DNA of 64,000 nucleotides from Fidelibacterota bacterium. Lineage in GTDB: Bacteria > Fidelibacterota > Fidelibacteria > Fidelibacterales > DSDE01. Made by a program: the position numbers and the translations under genes. The stretch is taken from NCBI GenBank assembly GCA_046735395.1, contig JBJKQR010000012.1, positions 96,001-160,000 of the forward strand. The letters run 5' to 3'. The notes under the pieces are model-generated. The model worked only from the letters and a program-made list of their open reading frames with translations, was not told the origin of the DNA and searched no databases. This document shows positions 20,002-30,180 of the stretch, piece by piece (positions within the stretch are counted from its first letter, which is position 1; every line of letters begins with the position of its first letter).

Positions 20002-20799
20002 TTATTTTCCCGTCAGCAGAAAGTTCTGAGTGAAACGGGCCGGATTCATGACCGTATTATATTCCACAAAGAGCTTTCCGGATTTGTTGCTCATAATTTC
20101 CAGGACTGTCCGGTGTCCGTCCTTCACCGATTTCATGACGGATATAGGCAGTGTATAAATGCCGTCGATCTTTTCAATCTTGCCCTCGACGGTCATGATT
20201 TTCTGCAGGTCGCCGCTGCCCTGTTCATAAAATTCGACTTTGAGCGGCATGAAGGAATCCTTTGCGACCCAGGAAACGACTTTGCTGTAGGCGGCATTGT
20301 CGGCTTTGGACCTGCTTTCCAGGACATAACAGTCGGTGTCAGCGAATTTTTCCTCGCGGAGCAGCGTATGTTCCGCGTCGTCATTTCCTTCCAGCTGCAT
20401 ATCCTCGTAGGTGAAATCCGATCCCATGAAAGAGGTATGACCTTCGGTGGCGGCAATGCGGCGCACCCGGCCGAGAGCTGGCAGATAAATCCACTGATCG
20501 TCGCTGCGGTCCTTCTGCTGGATCTGGAGAAAGCGGGTTCCCTTCACTGTGGCCGGTGATTTGAATTCCATGACACTCTGGGAAAGATTATTTTTTTTAT
20601 CGCGTTTCATGGTCCATGTTTCGACAATGCGTTCCTTCGATTCGCCGGAGGCATCGATCAGCGTCATTTTCATGATGGCATGCATAGATTCGCCGCGTTC
20701 GCGGTTCTTCATGGACTGGTAGACGGAGGGTCCGTCGGCGGCCAGCATCATTCCCGCAGTGAAGACAGTGACGAGGCCGAAGCAGATGCGAAATTTCAT
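20002..20799 (-). CDS. Outer-membrane lipoprotein-sorting (LolA-like) protein
   Basis: FKSPATVKGTRFL, DDQWIYLPALGRVRRI and SFMGSDFTYED family signature. Confidence 0.88.
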   Translation of the reverse strand: MKFRICFGLVTVFTAGMMLAADGPSVYQSMKNRERGESMHAIMKMTLIDASGESKERIVETWTMKRDKKNNLSQSVMEFKSPATVKGTRFLQIQQKDRSDDQWIYLPALGRVRRIAATEGHTSFMGSDFTYEDMQLEGNDDAEHTLLREEKFADTDCYVLESRSKADNAAYSKVVSWVAKDSFMPLKVEFYEQGSGDLQKIMTVEGKIEKIDGIYTLPISVMKSVKDGHRTVLEIMSNKSGKLFVEYNTVMNPARFTQNFLLTGK

Positions 20800-23441
20800 T
20801 TTTCCCTCATAAGGCTTAAAAATTTGGGTTTGAAGGTATGGATCATGGCCGGAAGCAGGGTCAGGGCACCCAGGCTGGATGTGGCCATGGTCAGGGCGAT
20901 GAGAAGTCCCAGGTTCTGGATGGGAATGAAGTTGCTTCGAATGAGAACTGCAAACCCTGCGCCCACGGACAGTGCATTGAAAAGAATGGCCTTTCCGGCG
21001 GTGAGCAGCGTCTTCTGAGTTATGATCCGTTCATCTGCGGATTTTCTCGCTTCCATGCGGTAGCGGCTGAGAAAATGAATGGTATAGTCAATGCCGATAC
21101 CAATGGCCACCGAGGCGACCATGGAGGTACCCAGATCCAGTTTGATATGAAAGAATCCCATGACGCCGAAATTAATCATTAAGGAAAAGATGAGTGTAAT
21201 AATACCGAAGAACCCGGCCACAACGGAACGGAAGGAGATGGCAATGATGGCGAAGACGATGAGCAGTGAGGAGATGATACTTGAAGTCTGGCTTGAAATG
21301 GTCATTTCATTCACCGAGGCAGACATTTTTCCCACTCCGGTAACCTTGATATCATATCCGGCCGGAAAACGCCAGGCTGCATAATCGAGGATGACTTTTT
21401 CCACACTGGCGGCATCGGCATTCATCGGTGATTTGACCTGTACGATCATTCTGGCCTGTGAGGGTTCCAGCGGATCATTGATGAAGGATTTCAGAGAACC
21501 CCTGTACAGCAGCAGATACTGGGCTATGAGATTTATCAGCTCTTCCCTGTCATGTGCGGGATATTTGGATGGATCCCAGGGGATTTCATAATACGCGGCT
21601 CCGTCTTCATTCGTCAGCTTATTCAGTTCATGAATGAGATCATCAGCAGTCGGATTTGATTTCCCGGAATTTTCCACGGCCCGGTTCAGCAGACGCAGAA
21701 TATTTCCGGCATCGGGTTTCGGAAAAGCGGGCCTTTCCACGGAGGCCGGCCGGGAATCGGCTGAGGGAGGTGTGGCCACGTCCTCTTCGAAGGAGAAGGA
21801 GCTGTTTTCGTCCTTCTCATTATCTGAGGCAATATCATCAAAGGAGAAACCGGATTCTTCCTTGAAACTGGCGGCCGCGGATGTGGGCGGCAGAGATGTG
21901 GGCGCGGAAACCGGCCGGTTCATGACCTGATTCATCCGTTTGACGAATTTTGTGAAAGAGGTGACTTTGCCGACAAGTGCGACATCATTTTCCAAATGAG
22001 CGGACAGATCGTCCATGGCCTTGAGGATATCGGGTTCCAGCAGTGAGCCGGGCTTTTTGCCATCGACCACCACGTTCAGCAGAACCGTGCCTCCGAAATG
22101 ATCATTCTGAAAGGTATTGGAAACGGCAATATCCGTAGTCGGCCTGAAGGTGCCGATCATATTTGTGTCCAGAAGAATCCGGTGGGTACCGAAAACGGAG
22201 AGAATCAATAAAACGAGCGTGATCAGGAGATTCCGGTAATTGTGCCGGGTGAAGAGATCATAAAAGGCCAGGAGAAAGCGATCCATCAGAGTATGTGCAT
22301 TGGCAGGTTCATGGATCTCATTATCATCCTGTTTGATGGGCCGGTGACGAAGCAGAAGGATGGCCGGAACGAGGAACAGGGCGGCAGCAATGGCGACCAG
22401 TACTCCTATGGCCAGGAAAAAACCGCTGTCGCGAAGGGGCTCTATGGCGCTGGTGCTCAGTGACGCAAATCCGGCGACAGTTGTGAGGCCGGCCAGCAGC
22501 ACGGGAATCCCGACCTTCTTTACCGTTTTCATCAGAAGCAGCTGGAAATTTTCACCGGGGTTCTGCCTGACTGCGTCGTAGGTGTGGCTGAGAAGATGAA
22601 TGCCATAGGCGGATCCGACGGAAATCAGAATGACCGGTATGGCGGTGGACACCATGGTCATGGGAATATTGAACAAGGCCATCAGGCCAATGGTCCAGAC
22701 AGATGACACCACCACATTCAGCAGAGGCAGAAGCACTCCGGCCATCGTTCTGAAGGAGAGGAACAGAGTAAGGATCACCACCAGTACCACAAAGGGAATC
22801 AGGCGGAACATGTCGCTGAACATGCTTTCCTTCAGGACCACCGCAATGGCCGGAACCCCCGCCACGTAAAAATTCACGTCATTCCGTTCAAAGGGTTTCA
22901 GCTGATCCATAACTCCATGATAGATGGCTTCCAGCTCCGGCAGCTGCAGTCCCGTATCGATTTCGAGCAGGAGCTGAGTGGAGCGGAGATCCTTGTCATA
23001 GAGGTTATTCCTGTACATGTCCTCCCAGGATTGCAGCCGGGCCAGGATGGAGCTCTGCGGACCCTGCCGCAGGCTGTCGGGAATGAGCTGCTCCACAGTC
23101 ATTCCCTCATTCGTGGAATTCAGAAAATCCGCATGAGTGAGGGACAGAACATTATTTACATGAGGCAGCGTCTGAAACAGGGCGGTCAGACTGTCGATCA
23201 GTGAAAGGTTTTCCGGTGCGAGGATACTCTGGTACTTGCTTTCGACTGCGACAACAAGCGCTTCCGTCTCGCCGAATACCTTTTCCACTTCCTCATTTTC
23301 AATCTTTGCTTCGTTGTGATCTCCGAGAAATACATATAAATCATTATTAATTTTAATTTTAGGAAGCTGTAATGCGAAAAATACGGTCAGAACAGCGAAT
23401 ATCAGGACAATCATTAAGGGGTGGGCGTAAAGTTTTTTCAT
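20796..23441 (-). CDS. MMPL/RND family inner-membrane transporter
   Basis: Two repeats of TM + periplasmic domain + TM bundle. SVGSAYGIH and GIGIDYTIH motifs. Confidence 0.9.
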   Translation of the reverse strand: MKKLYAHPLMIVLIFAVLTVFFALQLPKIKINNDLYVFLGDHNEAKIENEEVEKVFGETEALVVAVESKYQSILAPENLSLIDSLTALFQTLPHVNNVLSLTHADFLNSTNEGMTVEQLIPDSLRQGPQSSILARLQSWEDMYRNNLYDKDLRSTQLLLEIDTGLQLPELEAIYHGVMDQLKPFERNDVNFYVAGVPAIAVVLKESMFSDMFRLIPFVVLVVILTLFLSFRTMAGVLLPLLNVVVSSVWTIGLMALFNIPMTMVSTAIPVILISVGSAYGIHLLSHTYDAVRQNPGENFQLLLMKTVKKVGIPVLLAGLTTVAGFASLSTSAIEPLRDSGFFLAIGVLVAIAAALFLVPAILLLRHRPIKQDDNEIHEPANAHTLMDRFLLAFYDLFTRHNYRNLLITLVLLILSVFGTHRILLDTNMIGTFRPTTDIAVSNTFQNDHFGGTVLLNVVVDGKKPGSLLEPDILKAMDDLSAHLENDVALVGKVTSFTKFVKRMNQVMNRPVSAPTSLPPTSAAASFKEESGFSFDDIASDNEKDENSSFSFEEDVATPPSADSRPASVERPAFPKPDAGNILRLLNRAVENSGKSNPTADDLIHELNKLTNEDGAAYYEIPWDPSKYPAHDREELINLIAQYLLLYRGSLKSFINDPLEPSQARMIVQVKSPMNADAASVEKVILDYAAWRFPAGYDIKVTGVGKMSASVNEMTISSQTSSIISSLLIVFAIIAISFRSVVAGFFGIITLIFSLMINFGVMGFFHIKLDLGTSMVASVAIGIGIDYTIHFLSRYRMEARKSADERIITQKTLLTAGKAILFNALSVGAGFAVLIRSNFIPIQNLGLLIALTMATSSLGALTLLPAMIHTFKPKFLSLMREK

Positions 23442-24034
23442 TTATCCTCCGGAAGCAGCGCTTTTCCGATTAGATTGACGGTGAAGTCCAGTTCGCTTTC
23501 GCGTACGGGGAGATCTATTTTCAGAATAATTCGTTTTATGAAGCCATCAGCCATTCCCCACAGGCTCTGAACCATCAGGTCAGTTTCCCTGTCATTCAGT
23601 GAAATTTCCCGGCCTTCGCGGGCCCAGTCGAAGACCTGCCGGATCCGATCCATGTTCTGGATGAAATAATTGCGGAGGACGGGGAAGGTTTCAGCCTCAT
23701 CCAGCTCGCTGAACGTTTTGTAAAGGATACTGTAAAAATGGCCGTCCGATTCGAGGGAACGCTTGAATTCAGCGGAAAAATGTGTCAGATTGGTCCGGAG
23801 GTCATTTTCCGGCCTGACATCCGTGAACAGAGAATTCATGATGCGGTTTCCATAGTAAACGATCAGATCAAGCAGAAGCTGCCGTTTGCCACTGAAATAT
23901 CTGTACAGAGTCCCTTCCGCCACACCGGCTTCGGCGGCGATTCTGGAAGTGGTCATATTCTGGTAATTACCTTTGGAAAGTAAGGTATAAGCAGCTTCAA
24001 GGATCAGGTCCTTCTTGTCTGCCCGTGTATTCAT
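23438..24034 (-). CDS. TetR/AcrR family regulator (start 24034 or 24049)
   Basis: ILEAAYTLL...TTSRIAAEAGVAEGTLYRYFSGK HTH. Confidence 0.93.
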   Translation of the reverse strand: MNTRADKKDLILEAAYTLLSKGNYQNMTTSRIAAEAGVAEGTLYRYFSGKRQLLLDLIVYYGNRIMNSLFTDVRPENDLRTNLTHFSAEFKRSLESDGHFYSILYKTFSELDEAETFPVLRNYFIQNMDRIRQVFDWAREGREISLNDRETDLMVQSLWGMADGFIKRIILKIDLPVRESELDFTVNLIGKALLPEDK

Positions 24035-24053
24035 TTCTTTTTCTTCCATGAGA

Positions 24054-24069
24054 ATGAGTGATCACTCAT
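24054..24069. promoter_or_regulatory. Perfect 16-bp palindrome, probable TetR operator
   Basis: ATGAGTGATCACTCAT, located between the promoter and the tetR start. Confidence 0.75.
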
Positions 24070-24075
24070 GGCGGT

Positions 24076-24104
24076 AGATTACGACAGTCTGCAATCAATA
24101 GCAA
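24076..24104 (-). promoter_or_regulatory. Sigma70-type promoter of tetR-RND operon
   Basis: TTGCTA-17 nt-TAATCT on the minus strand. Confidence 0.55.
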
Positions 24105-24456
24105 GAATTATATAGACAATGTGAGCAGGGTGGACATCAGGTTTGACCCGGAGAGTGACAGGAGATATATTTCCGAATTTCCAGTCTGAACAGCAGGATT
24201 CGGGTGGCTCCTTTGCATGAATCTTTCACGTTTATCAACAGTGGGACGTCTCGAAGATCAATTTTGATTGGAATTGTTTTAAGTCTCTTTTATATTCTGT
24301 CACTGTGGGTCCGATGTAAATTAAAGAGCCCCGCGATCACAGTAAAAGGAACGTTAAATATTGGGAACAACAGCAGAAATACGGAAAATAAACCGTAGGT
24401 GAAGGCGGGGAGATTTGAAAGCTTTTTCAGAAATAGTGACCGGAAGGAGGCCTGGG

Positions 24457-26382
24457 ATGAAACGGAAGACTGTCCTTTTCTCAACTATTATTTTTTATGT
24501 TATCATGAATTTTACGTTATATCAGGCCTGTGGCCGCTCGGGAAAGCAGGAGGTAAATAAGAGCCTTCAGAAAGTGACCATTGCACTTCCGAAGAGTTCC
24601 TCTCTGGGTTATACGATTTATGTGGGGCAGGAAAAGGGATATTTCAAGGATGAAGGCATAGATCTGGTCATCATGGATTCCTACCCGCACGGGTTGGCCA
24701 CTATTCAGGCTCTGGTCAGCGGCGAGACGGATCTGGCCGTGTCTTCGGAGACGCCCTTTCTACATGAAGTGATGAACGGGGCAAAAATTTCAGCCTTTGC
24801 CCAGACCCTGTACCCTCTGAAGCATCTGGCCATTGTTGCGCGAAAGGATAAGGGGATTGCTTCTCCCATGGATCTGGCCGGAAAACGGATCGGAGTCAGC
24901 CTGGGAACCAATGCGGAATATTTTCTGGATGAATTCCGGGAAACAAAGCAGATTCCGAAACCCGATTTTATCAAGATTGACCTGGAACCGCAGGAACTGA
25001 TGCGTGCCATAAAAGGGGGCAGCATTGATGCTCTGGTATCATGGAATCCATATTATAACCAGGCTCAGGAAGCCCTGGTGGATACCGGTATCACCTTTTA
25101 TTCGGATATTCACGCGATCATGTTTCTGATATCCGCGCGGCAATCCTTCATCGACAATCAGAAAAGTACCATTGAGCATATCCTTCGGGCCATGCTGAAA
25201 AGCAGCGAATTCATCAATGAAAACAAGGAAGAAGCCGATGGCATCGCAGCCCGGGGAATGGGAATTGATGAAAAAATCATGCGCCATTCCTCTGCGGAAT
25301 ATCGCTTCGACGTCAGACTGGATCAGTCTCTGATAAGTCTTCTGGAGAATGAGGCTCGCTGGGAAATAAAAAAGAAATTGACGACGGCTACGGAAGTGCC
25401 GAATTTTCTGGAGCATGTTTACACGGGCGGCCTGCAGAAAGTTCAGCCCGATGCAAATACCATGTACACAGCGGCTCCGGAAAAGATCCGGATCGCAGTG
25501 GGGAAACATCCGCTTTCCGGCCTCATGTTCATTGCCCGGAGCAACGGGTATTTCAAAAAGCAGGGCCTGGACGTGGAATACCAGATTTACGGCTCCGGTA
25601 AAACCTGTCTGGAGATGGTGAACGAAGGGAAATGTGATCTGGCCGTGGCCGGCGATATCCCCATCATGTATGGAATTATGGAAGACCAGGCTATTTCAAT
25701 CATTGCCTCCATCGAGCATACCAAGGAGAATAATGTCATCATCGCCCGAAAAGATCTGGGGATTTCTGTCCCGACCGATCTCGTAGGAAAGAAAATCGGA
25801 GTAACTCTCCGAACGGGCAGCGAATTCTTTCTGGATTCATTTATGCTGTTTTACGGAATGACCGGTGATTCTGCCACCATCATCAATATCAGCCCGGCGA
25901 ATATTGTCAATGCCCTTCTGTCCGGTGAGGTGGATGCCGTATCAACCTGGTATCCTCAGGCCGGTGTGCTTCTCGACCGCCTGCAGGATAACGGACTGCT
26001 GTTTGTGGAAAAATTCATATACACCGGCAGTCAGAATATTGTGGGAAAACGGGAATATACGCGGAAAAGTCCCCAGACTATCCGAAATATACTGACTGCT
26101 CTGAATGAGGCCTCCGGATTCATTGAAGAACAGCCGGCGGAAGCCCGGAAAATCATCGCGAAGGAAGTGGGTATGGATGTGAAGGAACTTGCGGATATCT
26201 GGCATATATACGATTATCATCTGGGGCTGGACCAGACTCTGCCGCTGACCCTCCGGGATGAGGCGCGATGGGCCATGAGAAATAAACTGGTCACGAAAAC
26301 GAAAATTCCGGATTTTATATCCTATATTTATCTTGAACCTTTGAAGGAAATTGCCCCGACCACCGTCACGATTTCGCGCTAA
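24457..26382 (+). CDS. Tandem two-domain SsuA/THI5(NMT1)-like substrate-binding lipoprotein
   Basis: AAGGAGG RBS and lipobox YQAC. Two homologous halves (GYFK.EG.D, DL.GK.IGV, DA..sW.P, LDQ.L..L..EARW). Confidence 0.85.
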   Translation: MKRKTVLFSTIIFYVIMNFTLYQACGRSGKQEVNKSLQKVTIALPKSSSLGYTIYVGQEKGYFKDEGIDLVIMDSYPHGLATIQALVSGETDLAVSSETPFLHEVMNGAKISAFAQTLYPLKHLAIVARKDKGIASPMDLAGKRIGVSLGTNAEYFLDEFRETKQIPKPDFIKIDLEPQELMRAIKGGSIDALVSWNPYYNQAQEALVDTGITFYSDIHAIMFLISARQSFIDNQKSTIEHILRAMLKSSEFINENKEEADGIAARGMGIDEKIMRHSSAEYRFDVRLDQSLISLLENEARWEIKKKLTTATEVPNFLEHVYTGGLQKVQPDANTMYTAAPEKIRIAVGKHPLSGLMFIARSNGYFKKQGLDVEYQIYGSGKTCLEMVNEGKCDLAVAGDIPIMYGIMEDQAISIIASIEHTKENNVIIARKDLGISVPTDLVGKKIGVTLRTGSEFFLDSFMLFYGMTGDSATIINISPANIVNALLSGEVDAVSTWYPQAGVLLDRLQDNGLLFVEKFIYTGSQNIVGKREYTRKSPQTIRNILTALNEASGFIEEQPAEARKIIAKEVGMDVKELADIWHIYDYHLGLDQTLPLTLRDEARWAMRNKLVTKTKIPDFISYIYLEPLKEIAPTTVTISR

Positions 26383-26398
26383 GGCATAAAGGATACTT

Positions 26399-28750
26399 AT
26401 GAAGATCGTTCATAAACTCGAACTGGGATCTGCGGCAGCCGTCTTTCTGACAGCTATCACCATCTTCGCCTTCTTATTCATTGATGCCAAAATGAACAGA
26501 GTTCATCAGGAACAGCGCCTGGCCAACAATATCCATAAGTCCGTTTCAGAACTGGATATCCTGACTTATGAATATCTGATTTACCGTGAATCCCGCATGG
26601 AAAATCAGTGGTATCCGAAACATAATATGATTGACCAGCTTCTGAGGGAAGGACTGAAATCCGTCAAACCGGGTAATAATACAAAACTGATCATGGAAAA
26701 TATCCTGTCCGCCAACGAAGATTTCGGGATGCTGTTTTCAAAAATCGTTGAAATATATCCCCGGGACGGGAAGCAGAAAGTACAGGATCTGTTCAGTTCA
26801 AAAACAGGACATGCCCAGGAGCTTCTGGAGGAAAGGCTGATCAACCGGATGCTGATTACGTCGCAGGAGATGATCTCCAATGCCTCGCGTCTGAATACAC
26901 TGTCCATTGACCAGCTGGATGTGGTCGAAAAACAGCATTTCCGGATCATGACTTCAGCCATGTCCTTCTTTGCCCTGATGATCACGGTTATTTTCTTTTT
27001 TCTGGGGAGAAGCATTCTGAAGCCACTGCATTTTCTGATCGGGAGTACACATATCATCGGAAAGGGAAATCTGGACTACAGGGTTGATATAGATTCGAAG
27101 GATGAAATCGGAACCCTGGCCCGTTCCTTCAATATGATGACCGATAACCTGCGGGAGATTACCACGTCACGAGATGAACTGAATGTAGAAATTCAGGAAC
27201 GCATCAACGCGGAAAAGGACGCACGCCGCAGCAAGGAAGAATGGGAAAATACCTTTAACGCCATTACCGATATCATTACGATTCAGGATACGAACCATCG
27301 GATAATTCAGGCTAATAAAGCCGCATATGAAATCTTTGATGCGGAACAGGGTTCATTGATCGGCCAGAACTGTTACGATTTATTCAGAGACGCGAATATT
27401 CCCTGTCCCAATTGTCCGGCCAATGAGGTGCTCACAGAAAAAGTGACACGCAGCGAGAATATGAATCACGAAAAATTCGGGAAGACCTTTCAGGTATCCA
27501 TGTCCCCCGTACTGGATGATCAGAATGAAATCACTCATATCGTTCATATTGCCAAGGATATCACCAACCAGAAGAAACTGGAGGAAGAACTTTTCCAGGC
27601 CCATAAAATGGAAGCGATCGGTACCATGGCCGGGGGGATTGCTCATGATTTCAATAATATCCTGGCGGCAATACTGGGCTTCGCCGAACTGGTGAAGAAT
27701 GATTTGAAAGAAGGGAACTCCTCCCGCAGGTACGCGGAACAGGTCATTAAGGCAGGCCTGCGGGCAAAGGAACTGGTCAGACAGATCCTGACCTTCAGCC
27801 GAAAGGGAAGCGCAACGCTGGAACCGCTGCAGCCGGCCCCCATCATCAAGGAAGGTCTGAAACTGATGCGGGCATCCCTTCCCACATCCGTGGATATCGA
27901 AGAACACATTGATCCGGCCTGTCCGCTGATTTACGGCGATCCCACAAATCTGCATCAGATTCTGGTAAACCTCAGTACCAATGCCCTCCATTCCCTGGAA
28001 AATGAAAAAGGTCTGATAACCGTGTCGCTGCAACAGATTGAGCTGACGGAAAATGATCTGATAGGCGAAAGCGACAAGAGCACCGGGAACTACGTCGAGC
28101 TCAGGGTGACCGATACCGGTATGGGAATGGATGATAAGACGCTTGACCGGATTTTCGAACCCTATTTCACGACCAAGTCGGTCGGCAAGGGAACGGGTAT
28201 GGGGCTGGCACTGGTTCATGGGATCGTTCAGGGAAGCGGAGGCCTGATAAAGGTTGAAAGCAGCCCCGGCCAGGGAAGCACCTTCCATGTGTATTTTCCG
28301 GCGCTGGCCGGCGAAGTACAAGAATCTGTGGTGTCAGACCGGCCGGCACGGAAGGGCCATGAACGGATTTTAGCGGTTGATGACGAAGAATCCATCGTTG
28401 AACTGTATCAGGCAACCCTGGAAAGACTGAATTACCGGGTTTCGATTTTTCATAACGGACTGGAAGCGCTGAATGCCTTCCGGGCTGCTCCGGGAGACTA
28501 TGATCTCATACTCACGGACCAGACGATGCCGATCATGAGCGGATCCGAACTGGCCATTGAAGCACTGAAAATCCGCCCCGATATTCCCATCATCATGTGC
28601 ACGGGATACAGCACCATGGTTACGGAGGAGGTGGCAAAGGGAATCGGAATAAAGCGCTACTATTTCAAGCCGATCAGCCGGGACGATCTGCTCGAATCCG
28701 TCCGTGATCTTCTCGATGAGGCCGCAGGTCCGGATAACGGCAAGATCTGA
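26399..28750 (+). CDS. Hybrid sensor histidine kinase (TM-HAMP-PAS-HisKA-HATPase-REC)
   Basis: DEIGTLARSFN, GIAHDFNNIL, VTDTGMGM, PYFTTK, GTGMGL and receiver motifs VDDE/LTDQTMP/KP. Confidence 0.93.
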   Translation: MKIVHKLELGSAAAVFLTAITIFAFLFIDAKMNRVHQEQRLANNIHKSVSELDILTYEYLIYRESRMENQWYPKHNMIDQLLREGLKSVKPGNNTKLIMENILSANEDFGMLFSKIVEIYPRDGKQKVQDLFSSKTGHAQELLEERLINRMLITSQEMISNASRLNTLSIDQLDVVEKQHFRIMTSAMSFFALMITVIFFFLGRSILKPLHFLIGSTHIIGKGNLDYRVDIDSKDEIGTLARSFNMMTDNLREITTSRDELNVEIQERINAEKDARRSKEEWENTFNAITDIITIQDTNHRIIQANKAAYEIFDAEQGSLIGQNCYDLFRDANIPCPNCPANEVLTEKVTRSENMNHEKFGKTFQVSMSPVLDDQNEITHIVHIAKDITNQKKLEEELFQAHKMEAIGTMAGGIAHDFNNILAAILGFAELVKNDLKEGNSSRRYAEQVIKAGLRAKELVRQILTFSRKGSATLEPLQPAPIIKEGLKLMRASLPTSVDIEEHIDPACPLIYGDPTNLHQILVNLSTNALHSLENEKGLITVSLQQIELTENDLIGESDKSTGNYVELRVTDTGMGMDDKTLDRIFEPYFTTKSVGKGTGMGLALVHGIVQGSGGLIKVESSPGQGSTFHVYFPALAGEVQESVVSDRPARKGHERILAVDDEESIVELYQATLERLNYRVSIFHNGLEALNAFRAAPGDYDLILTDQTMPIMSGSELAIEALKIRPDIPIIMCTGYSTMVTEEVAKGIGIKRYYFKPISRDDLLESVRDLLDEAAGPDNGKI

Positions 28751-28837
28751 ACTATTCTGATATAAACATATATAAATCAGATGAATATATACGTATGACG
28801 TCTCCGTCATATTCGGAGTGATACCGGATAGTCGCGC

Positions 28838-29890
28838 TTATTTAAATATAATTTCCAGGGTCAGTTCAAATTTGTCCCGGCCATAGGCCGTGCCGCCGTC
28901 AGTATCGGAGATATAATGCCGCCAGGCGGGTTTGATGGAATAGAGTCCCAGTTCGCTTCGGGTTACCGTATACCCGTAATCCAGCCAAAAAAAGGTGTAA
29001 TGAGTGACGCTGCCCTTCCAATCCATTCTGGCCTGATCAAAAAAACCATTCAGAGTCCCCGGGCCCAGTTTTTTCCTGGCACCGATTCGCCAGATATCTC
29101 CCCGATAGGCATTATCCGTATCGGTCGTCAGGCCGAAAGCTCCCTGAAAATCCGTATCCGCAAAGCGGTAACCAAGTGTACATCCGAAAGTCAGCGGATT
29201 GTTGTAGCTCGTATTGTTGTTGTCATACAGAACCATGGGGCCGAATTTTATTCCAGCCAGCGTCAGGTCGTAATTCAGTATGACAGTGCTGCCATCCTTT
29301 GTTTTTACCGTGCTGTCGGCATCAAAATACTCTTCACTGTTCGTCACGTTTTCATTCATGGAAAACCACGCCTTCAGTTTTCCCGGACCCGCATTCACCC
29401 AGAAATTTCCTCCGGTTATCCCCACATTGCTGTATACGATGACCGGGACATCCAGAACAATAGTGGGGTAGTAGTGAATATCCGTGAGAGGAGTGCAGAC
29501 AAAGGGAATACGTCCCAGTGACCATCCGTATCCGCCTTTGTCCGTTCCGAAATATAATTGCGTCCAGACGGCGTTTGGTGCCTGAGCACTTCCATCGGAT
29601 GACCGGGTGATAAGATCATTCCCGTCCCCCATTTTTTCCCAGGTGCTTTTGGCGCAGTGGCTGATCTGAGCATTGAAAAAGTATCCGTCACTGATGGTGG
29701 CTTTCAGGTTTAAACGTGCGCGGTAATAAATATAATTATCTATTGTTCGTGACTGTTTTTCTCCCTTTGAATCATAATTCGTAATCATGTCCATTCGGGG
29801 CCGAACCCGGGAATCCCCGCTGAAGATGATTTCCGCCGGCAAATTACCGGCCGTGATGATACTGATGATGGCAAAAATGAGTTTTTTCAT
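28838..29890 (-). CDS. Outer-membrane beta-barrel/porin-like protein
   Basis: AGGAG RBS, signal peptide, FSGDSRVRPR, RARLNLKA and C-terminal LTLEIIFK. Architecture resembles alginate-export proteins. Confidence 0.6.
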   Translation of the reverse strand: MKKLIFAIISIITAGNLPAEIIFSGDSRVRPRMDMITNYDSKGEKQSRTIDNYIYYRARLNLKATISDGYFFNAQISHCAKSTWEKMGDGNDLITRSSDGSAQAPNAVWTQLYFGTDKGGYGWSLGRIPFVCTPLTDIHYYPTIVLDVPVIVYSNVGITGGNFWVNAGPGKLKAWFSMNENVTNSEEYFDADSTVKTKDGSTVILNYDLTLAGIKFGPMVLYDNNNTSYNNPLTFGCTLGYRFADTDFQGAFGLTTDTDNAYRGDIWRIGARKKLGPGTLNGFFDQARMDWKGSVTHYTFFWLDYGYTVTRSELGLYSIKPAWRHYISDTDGGTAYGRDKFELTLEIIFK

Positions 29891-30180
29891 AATCATCTCC
29901 TGTCCTGACAATTGACTAAATAATTTCTGCTTAAGCTGCTTGGATATCTGACTGCGGGCTGAGTACATGACGAGACTCATTTCAGCCCGGGCCGCTCTCA
30001 TCCTGTTTTTAAATTTAGGGGATGCTGTGCGGATATTCAACAGGTCCTGCCGGAATAATCCGGAAATATGGCGCTCATTTCATCGGAATGATCCTGAAAC
30101 GAATTGAAGCAGGGATGATGAAAATCCATATCCGGGAAAATATGAATTGATAATGAAGTCCGGAGCCGATAATTTCAGCC

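Noticed and set aside
29955..29989. Hairpin CGGGCTGA/TCAGCCCG in the leader of the porin-like gene
   Set aside because: It is a single stem with no U-tract or aptamer motif, which is not enough for a call.
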